A stretch of 64,000 bases of DNA, taken from an uncultured Gammaproteobacteria bacterium (GTDB taxonomy: Bacteria > Pseudomonadota > Gammaproteobacteria > DRLM01). Positions 9,224 through 19,537 of the stretch are shown piece by piece; position 1 is the stretch's first letter, and each line of letters starts with the position of its first letter. The notes beneath the pieces were generated by a model. The model was given only the letters and a program-made list of their open reading frames with translations, was not told where the DNA came from and searched no databases. The stretch spans positions 256,001 through 320,000 of the forward strand of contig CAVSNY010000003.1 in assembly GCA_963729605.1 (NCBI GenBank). Direction: 5' to 3'. Both the position numbers and the translations under genes were made by a program.

Positions 9224-11110
9224 TTGATCTCCGCTATGCGCAATGTATCTGCCAATCGCAGGAAGCTGCTGCTTTATACCGTAGTGCTGTTTTTTCCGGT
9301 GGCGTTTTTTTTAGTTCTGGAAAGCGGGCTGCGTTATTTTGACTATGGGGAGAATCTGGATTTATTCGTCCCGGCGCCCGCCGGGTTCGCCGATAAAAAC
9401 TTTCTAATGACCAACCCGGAGATCGCCCGGCGTTATTTCTCGTCCCAGTCGTATCGGCCACGCCCGCCGGATGAATATTTCCTCCAAGAGAAGCCTAAGA
9501 ATGGTTATCGGATCTTCGTGCTCGGCGAATCGACGACGGCTGGTTGGCCTTATCCCAATAACGTGATGTTTTCACGGATGCTCAATCAGCGCTTGGCGGA
9601 GGCGTTTCCCGAACGGGACATCGAGGTGGTGAATACCGCCCTCGCCGCGGTGAACAGTTTCACTTTGAATGATTTCATGGATGAGATTCTGGCGCAGCGA
9701 CCCGACGCCATTTTGATATATGCCGGCCACAATGAATTTTATGGCGCGCTGGGCGCCGGTTCCACCGAATCTTTAGGGCGGGTGCGCTGGGTGGTCAAGG
9801 CGTATCTGGCTTTGTTGCGTTTCAAGACCGTGCAGTTATTGCGTGACGTCGTCAATAATTCCAGCGGGTGGATAGCCGGCTTGGTATCGGATAAATCGCC
9901 GCAGGATCCGTACCCCACTTTGATGGGTCGCATGATAGGCGAAGCCAGTATTCCCTACGGCAGCGCAACCTACCAGGTGGCCAAGCGGAATTTTCAGGAA
10001 AATCTGCGGGAGATATTCCGCAAGGCCCAGCGAGCCGGTGTGCGGGTGCTGGCCAGTGATCTGGTGAGCAATGTGCGGGATCACCGGCCGTTTGCCGCGG
10101 TCCATGAAGGCGATGAGCTATCCGCCGATGTGATCTTCGAATGGGCAAAATTGCTCGATAAAGAACAGATGTACGGCATGGCCAGGACGGCTTATTACTG
10201 GGCGAAGGACATGGACGGCCTCCGTTTCCGCGCCTCCGAAGAATTCAACGATGTCATCCATCAGGTGGCGGCCGAGTTTAAAGTGCCGGTGGTACCGATG
10301 AAGTCTTATTTTGAAGCCGTTTCGCCGCAAGGGATCATCGGCGCCAATTTGATGCTGGAACATTTGCATCCCAATAGCGATGGTTATTTGTTGATGAGCG
10401 AAGCCTTTTTTCAGGGAATGCGTCAACATCAATTTATCAGTGCGACGTGGGATGCAAATAAAATCAGGCCTCTTGCTTTCTACGCGCAATATTGGGGCAT
10501 TACTGAACTTGATCGGGCTCTCGGCGCCTTTCGGGTCATGCAGCTGATGGATCATTGGCCGTTTCAGCCGCCTTCATCACCCACGCGTATCTTCGCGGAC
10601 TATCAACCTCAGACCAAGGCGGAAGAACTTGCTTACAGGGTTGCCAAAGAAGAGTTGGACTTTTTTCAGGCGCATGTCGAACTCGCGGCTTATTATTTTC
10701 AGCAGGGACAAAATGAACGGGCATTCGCGGAATATCAAGCGTTGATAAATGCCGTACCTTATGACGCCCATGTTTATCTCAGCGCCGCAAGCGTGTTGCT
10801 GCAACAAAGACAATATGAGCAGGCATTACCTTTGCTTTACGGCTCGCTTACCCTCAAAGACAGCAGTACCGCGAACAAATGGATAGGCCAGATCCATTTA
10901 TATAATAATCGGCCGCAGGAGGCCCTGAAGTTCCTTGAAAAAGCCTTTGCCCTGGAACCGAAAGATACCCAATTGCTTTACAACCTCGCCGGAGCCTATG
11001 GGCTAACCGGCCAGAAGGATAATGGCCGTCGGTTATTCGCGCATTTGGAAAAGCTCGCGCCGGACTTTCCCCGACTGGATCAGCTGAAACAATTATTGAA
11101 TCAACCTTGA
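9224..11110 (+). CDS. Membrane-anchored SGNH/GDSL hydrolase-like protein with C-terminal TPR repeats
   Basis: N-terminal TM helix; SGNH blocks VLGESTT, YAGHNE and EHLHPN; TPR-like helices in the last ~140 aa. Confidence 0.8.
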   Translation: MISAMRNVSANRRKLLLYTVVLFFPVAFFLVLESGLRYFDYGENLDLFVPAPAGFADKNFLMTNPEIARRYFSSQSYRPRPPDEYFLQEKPKNGYRIFVLGESTTAGWPYPNNVMFSRMLNQRLAEAFPERDIEVVNTALAAVNSFTLNDFMDEILAQRPDAILIYAGHNEFYGALGAGSTESLGRVRWVVKAYLALLRFKTVQLLRDVVNNSSGWIAGLVSDKSPQDPYPTLMGRMIGEASIPYGSATYQVAKRNFQENLREIFRKAQRAGVRVLASDLVSNVRDHRPFAAVHEGDELSADVIFEWAKLLDKEQMYGMARTAYYWAKDMDGLRFRASEEFNDVIHQVAAEFKVPVVPMKSYFEAVSPQGIIGANLMLEHLHPNSDGYLLMSEAFFQGMRQHQFISATWDANKIRPLAFYAQYWGITELDRALGAFRVMQLMDHWPFQPPSSPTRIFADYQPQTKAEELAYRVAKEELDFFQAHVELAAYYFQQGQNERAFAEYQALINAVPYDAHVYLSAASVLLQQRQYEQALPLLYGSLTLKDSSTANKWIGQIHLYNNRPQEALKFLEKAFALEPKDTQLLYNLAGAYGLTGQKDNGRRLFAHLEKLAPDFPRLDQLKQLLNQP

Positions 11111-11244
11111 TAAGGACACGAAGTTGCTAACGGACCTTATGTGCGTGTGCCTTAAAGTAAGGCTAGTTGTATTGGAATAGTGGAGACTGTTTCTGTCGCG
11201 GGAGACGGATGTGACCCAAGTTTCGTATTTGGGCTGAGAGTACG

Positions 11245-11300
11245 AACACTTCGTTACCGCCCCCTCCAGTATGATCCGTGGAGGGCGATAACAAAGTATT
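11245..11300 (-). other. Long RNA hairpin in the 3' region of paralog 2
   Basis: 22-bp stem with three G-U pairs and a 2-nt bulge that forms fully only on the minus strand. Confidence 0.5.
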
Positions 11301-11346
11301 TTACAAAGGTGCTGAAAGGATCGTGGCAGTCTGACGTAAAAATTTA

Positions 11347-12435
11347 CTACCAACCCCAGCCGCCGCTGCCACCACCACTACTACCCCCCTGGTATACGGG
11401 CTTGACGCCGAATGGATCGGTCACCCACGTAAACGGTCCGGTGCCGCTAATTGAGCTGGTAGCAATGCGGTTTTTATTATCGCTGCGATTATCATAGGCC
11501 TGAAAACCGAAGCCCGATTGCGCGACCCAGGTAACCTTGACATCGTCGCCCGGCTGCCAAGTGATGGTGCCGCCACTGCCGCTACTGTCGCTGCTGCTTC
11601 TTCCGCCGCTACCGCCAAAACCACTGCTACCGCTGCGGCTGTTGCCGCCGCTCAGGCTGGCGCTGCCCGATTTGGTGAGCATGTCGCCTGCGACTTCCCG
11701 CATGACGAACATGTTCACGCTGCCGCCGCCATTCCAGCCGAAACCACCACCACCCCAGCCACCACCACCACCGCCACTGCCGTTAAATTGAGAACCATTG
11801 ACGGTCTGGCCGATGTCCAATTTAAAGCCGGTACGGTTACCGTTCGCGTCCAGATTGGCTAGATATTTGAAATCACCCACCATATCAACCGTAGAGCTTA
11901 TCGCGGCGCCGCCAAAGTTCTGGGTGATTTCGATATTGGGTTGTCCGGCAACGGCCGCCCAGCCGGTGTTGATCTGCGCGGTCATCAAGAACTTATCGTT
12001 GCCCGTGCCTCTGACTACCTGCGAAACGGATAAACCCGAGGTTTCACCGCTGGTGGTGGTGGTTGCTTCCGATTCGCCGGCGCTGGTGGTCCATTGCGAG
12101 ATAAAGCCGCCTTGTTTGACGAAAGATTCCGAAGCGAAGGCAACCGTCCCCGGCAAGCCGCTGGCATTGGAGTCGGTGAGTATGCTCTGCATATACCGGC
12201 CATTATTATTACCCGTGCCGGCGGTGATCTCTCTCTGCAACAGTCCGGGCGCCGACGTGGGCGTACCGCAGAGCGCACCGGAGGCGCAGGTCGCCGAGAT
12301 GGCGCCATTATTAACCGACCAGCCACCAAACGGTATCGGCGGCCCACCGGTGACGGTACCCGGGACTACCAGGGGAGTGGCGGCAACCAGCCAGAGCGCC
12401 TTATGTGTGAATAAAGATTTATTATGCTTATTCAT
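11347..12435 (-). CDS. Secreted Gly-rich hypothetical protein with a GGSGGWGW tail (paralog 2)
   Basis: Signal peptide, C-x5-C, internal GGGGGGWGGGGFGWNGGG; aligns by eye with 12477-13436. Confidence 0.8.
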   Translation of the reverse strand: MNKHNKSLFTHKALWLVAATPLVVPGTVTGGPPIPFGGWSVNNGAISATCASGALCGTPTSAPGLLQREITAGTGNNNGRYMQSILTDSNASGLPGTVAFASESFVKQGGFISQWTTSAGESEATTTTSGETSGLSVSQVVRGTGNDKFLMTAQINTGWAAVAGQPNIEITQNFGGAAISSTVDMVGDFKYLANLDANGNRTGFKLDIGQTVNGSQFNGSGGGGGGWGGGGFGWNGGGSVNMFVMREVAGDMLTKSGSASLSGGNSRSGSSGFGGSGGRSSSDSSGSGGTITWQPGDDVKVTWVAQSGFGFQAYDNRSDNKNRIATSSISGTGPFTWVTDPFGVKPVYQGGSSGGGSGGWGW

Positions 12436-12476
12436 GGGTTACCTCGAATTGGGTTCCATGTTGCTTAAAAGATTCA

Positions 12477-13436
12477 TTACCAACCACCACGACCACTACC
12501 GCTGCCGCTGCTACTGGCGCCGCCGCTGCCATTTGCCGGCATGGCAGGTGCCGTTCCAAACGGCGGGTTCACCCAAGTGAAGGGCGCGGGATTGGATTCG
12601 GATTGGTTACCGATGGGGGCGATCGTGTCGCTCAGGTTGTCATAATTCTGCCAACTCAGATTGCCACCTGATGCATCGCCTTCGAAGTCGACCCGCTGTC
12701 CGACCCAGACTACCTGGATAACGTCTCCGGCCTTCCAAGTCATTTTCTTGTTGCCGGGCAAGGTAGCCGTGCCGGCCGCCTTAAGCATATCGCCACCGAC
12801 CCGGCGCATTACGAACATTTGATCATCCACCTGTTTGGTGGTGACGGGTTCACTGAAATAAGAACTTAATTCAATCAAGGTGCCGGTTTGTAAACCGTTG
12901 TTGTCGTTGTTACCGGCGATATGGGTTGTATCATTGAATTTTTGCCCGGCACTGGTCGATTCAGTGATTTTTTGAACGATGTCGATGCTTGGCGTGCCTG
13001 GCGTGGCGGCCCAGCCTCGGTTGATTTGAACCGCTGAGTCAAAAATTCGGGTTTGCGCGGTGGTGATGCTTTCACTATGCAGCATCTGTTTGTCGGAAAT
13101 TCCGAAGGAGCTTGGCGCGGTGGTTGTGCCCATTTTGATGAAATTTTCATCCGAAAACGGCAAACCGGTGGCGGGGACGCCCGTTGATGTTGAACCTGTG
13201 ACGATGGTTTGGACGAAGGCTTGGCCGCTTAAGGGATCTTCGACGCGCCGCTGTAAAAAGCCCGGTCCGCTGCTGAGTTCGGAACATTGAAAACCGGTTC
13301 CGCATGTCGCGGCAACCCCGCCATTGCTGACAGACCACTGATCAAACGGTGTGGGCGCACCACCAAAGGCGGATGATGCACATAAAGCTGCCAAGCCCAC
13401 TGGCACCAGCCCAGAGAAATGCAATCGCCAAGTCAT
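12477..13436 (-). CDS. Secreted hypothetical protein with a GSGRGGW tail (paralog 3)
   Basis: Signal peptide, C-x5-C; shares WSVxNG, QINxGWAA, MFVMRxVxGDML, TWxxGD and PFTWVxxPFG with paralog 2. Confidence 0.8.
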   Translation of the reverse strand: MTWRLHFSGLVPVGLAALCASSAFGGAPTPFDQWSVSNGGVAATCGTGFQCSELSSGPGFLQRRVEDPLSGQAFVQTIVTGSTSTGVPATGLPFSDENFIKMGTTTAPSSFGISDKQMLHSESITTAQTRIFDSAVQINRGWAATPGTPSIDIVQKITESTSAGQKFNDTTHIAGNNDNNGLQTGTLIELSSYFSEPVTTKQVDDQMFVMRRVGGDMLKAAGTATLPGNKKMTWKAGDVIQVVWVGQRVDFEGDASGGNLSWQNYDNLSDTIAPIGNQSESNPAPFTWVNPPFGTAPAMPANGSGGASSSGSGSGRGGW

Positions 13437-13649
13437 GTTTACCCCCTTAGCTGGCTTCTAAGCTTATAAATGCATTTGATGATGCTCAGGCCAGTTTTAA
13501 TTTTCTAATAACTGCGACGAAACTATCATAATCGGATGGTCATTGCAATTGGGTAGAGCGGGGGGTGCTTCCAATCGCCTTTAATAATAATATGAAACAA
13601 CGATGTAATTTAGCCTATTTTGGTATTTAAAAATCTTACGGATTAAGGG

Positions 13650-14027
13650 GTGTGTGTGGTTATCACGGGTGTGGTGCATGCTGGGGTCTTGGTGGCGGAT
13701 ATAACCCGTTCCTTGGGGTTTTATCATGATGTGTTGGGCATGCATTTGGACAATAGCCGCCCCAATTTAGGTTATCCAGGCGCATGGTTGCGGGCCGGTC
13801 GGCAACAGATTCATTTAATGGAGTTGCCTAATCCGGATCCTGTGGTAGGTCGTCCGCTTCACGGTGGGCGCGATCGGCATATCGCTTTGACCGTGAACGA
13901 TGTCGAGGCGCTGCGTCGTCGTTTAGCGGCGGCGGACATTCCTTGCACTTTGAGTAAATCGGGAAGGAAAGCCGTATTCTGCCGTGACCCGGACGGCAAT
14001 GCCTTGGAGTTTGTTGAGCAGGACTAA
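13650..14027 (+). CDS. VOC/glyoxalase family protein
   Basis: HAGVLV..SLGFYHDVLG, QIHL, RDRHIAL and FCRDPDGNALE motifs. Confidence 0.85.
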   Translation: MCVVITGVVHAGVLVADITRSLGFYHDVLGMHLDNSRPNLGYPGAWLRAGRQQIHLMELPNPDPVVGRPLHGGRDRHIALTVNDVEALRRRLAAADIPCTLSKSGRKAVFCRDPDGNALEFVEQD

Positions 14028-15184
14028 TTGTTGGTGAGTAAGCGCAGGGCCTTGTCTTGTACCCGTAACAGCATGGTGCCGTCCAGTACCGAGAGCAAGG
14101 TTTCGCCTACCATTTGTCTGCGCCAGCCATGCAGTACCGAGGCGGATGTATCACCTAGCACCAGTTGTTCCACGTGTTTGCGGCTGGCGATGACACTAGG
14201 ATGTATGCAGTGTTCGGTGCTCAGTTTGCGGATGACGGCCAGCAATATATCCACCACGACTTCTTGCTCCTCGGTCAGCGGTACGGTTTGATGGGTGTCC
14301 GGCACTGGAATGGGCGGGTGATTTTGCGCCTCGGCGATGATCCGCAGAATGGATTCTCCGTGCCGTGCCGCGCTTTGTTCGTGTAATCCGCGTAATTGCG
14401 CCAACTCGATTTTATTTTTGGGTTGCAGGCGGGCGAGATCGAGCAGGTTCTCATCGCGCAAGATCCAACTGCGGGGGCGATCCTGTTGTTGCGCGGTTTC
14501 TTCTCGCCATTTCGCCAAATTCTGGGCCACGGCCAATTGGCGGCCCCGTAGGCGCTGGAGCCCTTTTACACGCAGCCAGGCATCCGCGGGTGGATTGGCG
14601 TAAAGCGAGGGCTCGCTGAGTTCCGCAAAATCGTTATCCAACCACTGCAAACGGCCTTTGTCGGCCAAACTGTCGCGGAGGCGGGGATAGAGCGCGGCCA
14701 GATAACGCACGTCATCGGCGGCATAGTCGAGTTCCGCCCGGGAGAGCGGCCGGTGCGACCAGTCGGCCCGGGTATGCGCCTTGTTCAGCAGTACACCCAG
14801 CATCGACTCCACCAGCGCCGCATAACCCATCTGTTCTTTTAAACCCAATAGCGGAGCCGCCAATTGGGTATCAAATACCGGCCGAGGTAATTCGCCGCGC
14901 AAATGGTAAAACATTTCCATATCCTGTCGCGCCGCATGCATGACCTTGGTAACCGAGGGGTTGTAGAGGGTCGCCAATAAAGGGCCGAGATCGGTTATGG
15001 CGAGGGGATCGATACAAGCCACGGACTGCTCCGTGGCGATTTGTACCAGGCATAGTTGTGGATAAAAGGTTTTCTCGCGGACGAATTCCGTATCCAGTGC
15101 TATCCAGCGAGCATTTTGAATCTGCTCGAAAAATTCGGCCAAGGCGGACGTAGTATTAATATAAGTATATGGCGTGGTATTCAT
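14024..15184 (-). CDS. rnd: Ribonuclease D
   Basis: ALDTEFVREKTFYPQLCLVQI, HAARQD, FDTQLAA, DWSHRPL..YAADDV and an HRDC region. Confidence 0.95.
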   Translation of the reverse strand: MNTTPYTYINTTSALAEFFEQIQNARWIALDTEFVREKTFYPQLCLVQIATEQSVACIDPLAITDLGPLLATLYNPSVTKVMHAARQDMEMFYHLRGELPRPVFDTQLAAPLLGLKEQMGYAALVESMLGVLLNKAHTRADWSHRPLSRAELDYAADDVRYLAALYPRLRDSLADKGRLQWLDNDFAELSEPSLYANPPADAWLRVKGLQRLRGRQLAVAQNLAKWREETAQQQDRPRSWILRDENLLDLARLQPKNKIELAQLRGLHEQSAARHGESILRIIAEAQNHPPIPVPDTHQTVPLTEEQEVVVDILLAVIRKLSTEHCIHPSVIASRKHVEQLVLGDTSASVLHGWRRQMVGETLLSVLDGTMLLRVQDKALRLLTNN

Positions 15185-15350
15185 GGGGCATCAGCATAAC
15201 AGCGCATCCGCTCACTACCAAGGTCGTCCCCGTAAATTTAAAGCCCGTTTGCAATGGGCTCTACAAGGTGGCTGAGGTGGTGGCTTAGAGAGTATTGGCC
15301 ATCATAAAAAGTGTGTGCCAATCACATTAGGCCGAATAATTTCCAGGGCC

Positions 15351-15380
15351 AAAAAAAAGCCCCAACGGTCGGTTGGGGCT
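15351..15380 (-). terminator. Rho-independent terminator
   Basis: 9-bp GC-rich stem running into an 8-T tract on the minus strand. Confidence 0.8.
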
Positions 15381-15440
15381 CAGTGGGTGGCTCAGGTGAC
15401 GGCGGGGGGTTGGGGGGGATGAGGTGCCGCCACCTTAGTC
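15351..15440 (-). ncRNA. Candidate ~90-nt small RNA with a C-rich loop and an intrinsic terminator
   Basis: Upstream sigma28-like promoter; 10-bp stem enclosing ACCUCAUCCCCCCCAACCCCCC; terminator AGCCCCAAC-CGACC-GUUGGGGCU followed by a U run. Confidence 0.6.
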
Positions 15441-15447
15441 AAATAAC

Positions 15448-15474
15448 TTATCGGTCCGATTTGAGCCGACTTTA
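15448..15474 (-). promoter_or_regulatory. Putative sigma28-type promoter
   Basis: TAAA(GTC)-N15-ACCGATAA on the minus strand. Confidence 0.65.
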
Positions 15475-15499
15475 GGGGTAATTAAAAATATTTTTCAGG

Positions 15500-15704
15500 C
15501 GACGAGCCAAGGAGAGCGAAGCGAGGGGGAGGAGCCCGCGGTAGCCGCGATGCGGCGTCAGCCAGCGTGGTAGCCATGACGCGCTGCGTAGTAGCGTGTC
15601 GTGGCGTTTGCCTGGCGTCCGGGGCGAAAGGAATCAACGTCGCGAGACCGAGGTCGATTCGCACACGGAGGTGCGAATCGTTTCCTGAGGGCCGCGACAC
15701 ATCG
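15500..15704 (+). repeat. Structured non-coding repeat, MITE-like (copy 1, 205 bp)
   Basis: Near-identical inverted copy at 31260-31491; several internal hairpins. Confidence 0.85.
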
Positions 15705-15772
15705 GAAGGCCTTAGGCTCTGTTGACATTTTGCCAGTCCGGGTGGGATATAGGCGGAATTTTGAAGGACGCG

Positions 15773-15946
15773 ATGAACAGATCAGTACTTACGGATAAGC
15801 AGTGGGAAATAATACGGGGTTATCTGCGCAATCATCCGCGCGTCTATGTTGGAAATGAAGAGCAGTGTCGGCAGTTTTTGGACGCGGTATTGTGGATACT
15901 CAGAAGTGGCGGACAATGGCGGCTCTTACCCAAAGAGAAAGGCGAT
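15773..15946 (+). pseudogene. IS5-family transposase, N-terminal fragment
   Basis: MNRSVLTDKQWEII..CRQFLDAVLWILRSGGQWRLLPKEKG, after which similarity stops. Confidence 0.8.
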
Positions 15947-16151
15947 AGGCATCCTCTTGCCGTCTGTTTCTTCGCATCCTCCGGTCCGATTGCCGCAGAT
16001 TGCTATCCGCCAATCAGCACCAGCCGCGTATCAAAAAGTGCTTGCTCATCACCCCCTGAACGCACCGCAGGATGGCGACAAGCAACACAACGAGCAGCCC
16101 TTCAACCTGACCGAGAATCCGCCGATGACCACCGCGATTCACGCGCAGCAC

Positions 16152-17641
<1,490 letters not shown>

Positions 17642-17744
17642 GGCGAGACCGCCGCCGGCCCCGGTGCCGTGGCCGCGCCGCCTGTCTGCAGAATCACAGG
17701 CAGGCCGGACCGCCCCAGGGTTGAAGCGAACGTCGGTCATGACT

Positions 17745-19418
17745 TCAATCCGTCACCGCGCCGAGACTCGCGCTCGACACCGAGCGCGCGTACTTGGCCA
17801 GCACGCCGCGCGTGTAGCGCGGCGCGGGCGGTTTCCATTGCGCGCGGCGGCGCGCGATTTCTTCGTCGGGCACATTGAGCTGAAGCAGACGCCGTTCCGC
17901 GTCCAGGGTGATGGAGTCGCCTTCCTCGACCAGCGCGATCGTGCCGCCCACCGCGGCTTCCGGCGCGACGTGGCCGACCACCATGCCGTAGCTGCCGCCG
18001 GAGAAGCGCCCGTCGGTGACGAGACCCACCGAGTCGCCCAGACCCTGGCCGACGAGGGCGGCGGTGGGCGAGAGCATCTCGCGCATGCCGGGACCGCCCC
18101 TGGGGCCCTCGTAGCGGATCACCACCACGTCGCCCGCTTCGATCTCGCGTGCCAGGATCGCCTGCATGCACGCCTCTTCCGAATCGAACACGCGCGCCGG
18201 GCCGGTGATCCGCGGAACCTTCACCCCGCTGGTCTTGGCCAGCGCGCCTTCTTCGGCCAGATTGCCCTTGAGGATCGCCAGATGACCGTGCGGATAAACC
18301 GGCCGGGACCACGGCCGGATAACGTCCTGGGAGGCAGCAGGTTCCTCCGGCACGTCCCGCAGCACCTCGGCGAGGGTCCGCCCGGTCACGGTGAGCGCAT
18401 CGCCGTGCAGCAGGCCGCGGGCGAGCAGCATCTTCATCACCTGCGGGATGCCGCCGGCGCGGTGCAGGTCGGTGGCGACGTAGCGCCCGGACGGCTTCAG
18501 GTCGCACAGCACCGGCACCCGCCGGCTCATGGCGTCGAAATCGTCGAGCGCGAGCGCCACCCCGGCGGCGTGGGCGATGGCGGGCAAGTGCAGCACGGCG
18601 TTGGTGGAGCCGCCGAGCGCCATCAGCACGGCCAGCGCGTTCTCGAACGCGGCGCGGGTGAGAATGTCGCGCGGCAGGATTTGCCGGCGGATCGCCCCCA
18701 TCAGCGCTTCGGCTGATTGCGCCGCGCTGTCGGCCTTCTCCGCGTCCTCCGCGGCCATGGTCGAGGAATACGGCAGGCTCATACCCATGGCCTCGAACAG
18801 CGAGGCCATGGTGTTGGCGGTGTACATGCCACCGCAGGAGCCGGCGCCCGGACAGGCGCGGCGTTCGATCTCGAGCAGTTCCTGTTCGTCTATTTTATGC
18901 GCGGTGTATTGCCCCACCGCCTCGAAGGCGCTCACGATGGTGAGGTCGCGGTCTTTGTAGCGGCCCGGCTTGATGGTGCCGCCGTACACGAACACGGCCG
19001 GAATATTCAGGCGCGCGATGGCGATCATCGCGCCGGGCATGTTCTTGTCGCAGCCGCCCGTGGCGAGCACGCCGTCCAGACTCTGGCCGTTGCACACGGT
19101 TTCGATGGCATCGGCGATCACCTCGCGCGACACCAGCGAGTATTTCATGCCCTCGGTGCCCATCGCGATGCCGTCCGAGATGGTGATGGTGCCGAAGGTC
19201 TGCGGCATGGCGCCGGCGGCCTTGAGCGCATCACTGGCCGCCTCCACCAGCCTGCGGATTCCGGCGTTGCACGGCGTGATGGTGCTGTGCGCGTCGGCCA
19301 CGCCGACGACGGGTTTGTCGAAATCCCGGTCGCCGAATCCCACGGCGCGCAGCAGGGCGCGGTTGGGCGAGCGCTGCACGCCTTGGGTGACGATCCTGCT
19401 TTTGCGATTGTCGGACAT
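17745..19418 (-). CDS. ilvD: Dihydroxy-acid dehydratase
   Basis: [54 protein letters not shown] and TDGRFSG motifs. Confidence 0.95.
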   Translation of the reverse strand: MSDNRKSRIVTQGVQRSPNRALLRAVGFGDRDFDKPVVGVADAHSTITPCNAGIRRLVEAASDALKAAGAMPQTFGTITISDGIAMGTEGMKYSLVSREVIADAIETVCNGQSLDGVLATGGCDKNMPGAMIAIARLNIPAVFVYGGTIKPGRYKDRDLTIVSAFEAVGQYTAHKIDEQELLEIERRACPGAGSCGGMYTANTMASLFEAMGMSLPYSSTMAAEDAEKADSAAQSAEALMGAIRRQILPRDILTRAAFENALAVLMALGGSTNAVLHLPAIAHAAGVALALDDFDAMSRRVPVLCDLKPSGRYVATDLHRAGGIPQVMKMLLARGLLHGDALTVTGRTLAEVLRDVPEEPAASQDVIRPWSRPVYPHGHLAILKGNLAEEGALAKTSGVKVPRITGPARVFDSEEACMQAILAREIEAGDVVVIRYEGPRGGPGMREMLSPTAALVGQGLGDSVGLVTDGRFSGGSYGMVVGHVAPEAAVGGTIALVEEGDSITLDAERRLLQLNVPDEEIARRRAQWKPPAPRYTRGVLAKYARSVSSASLGAVTD

Positions 19419-19537
19419 GATGATCTACCCTCGCGTGGAATCTGAGTGGCCGCTGCAATGCCGTAGCCCTGTAGCTGAATGCCCGCGCCTGGCGCGGGCC
19501 TCGCGGACGGGATTTTGCACGCGCGGACTGCATGCAT

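Noticed and set aside
11730-11790. Resemblance of GGGW repeats to prion-protein copper-binding octarepeats, or to RiPP precursors
   Set aside because: The His ligand is absent, and the proteins are large Sec-type exported proteins with no RiPP maturase or peptidase-transporter nearby
11798-12580. 260-aa plus-strand ORF, and other long antisense ORFs such as 5516-6376, 17115-18716, 22445-23707 and 37324-38472
   Set aside because: They are shadows of well-supported genes on the opposite strand and carry no recognisable motifs
15500-15704. Repeat as an integron attC site or a CRISPR unit
   Set aside because: There are no RYYYAAC/GTTRRRY boxes, no integron integrase, and no repeat-spacer periodicity that I could see in the window
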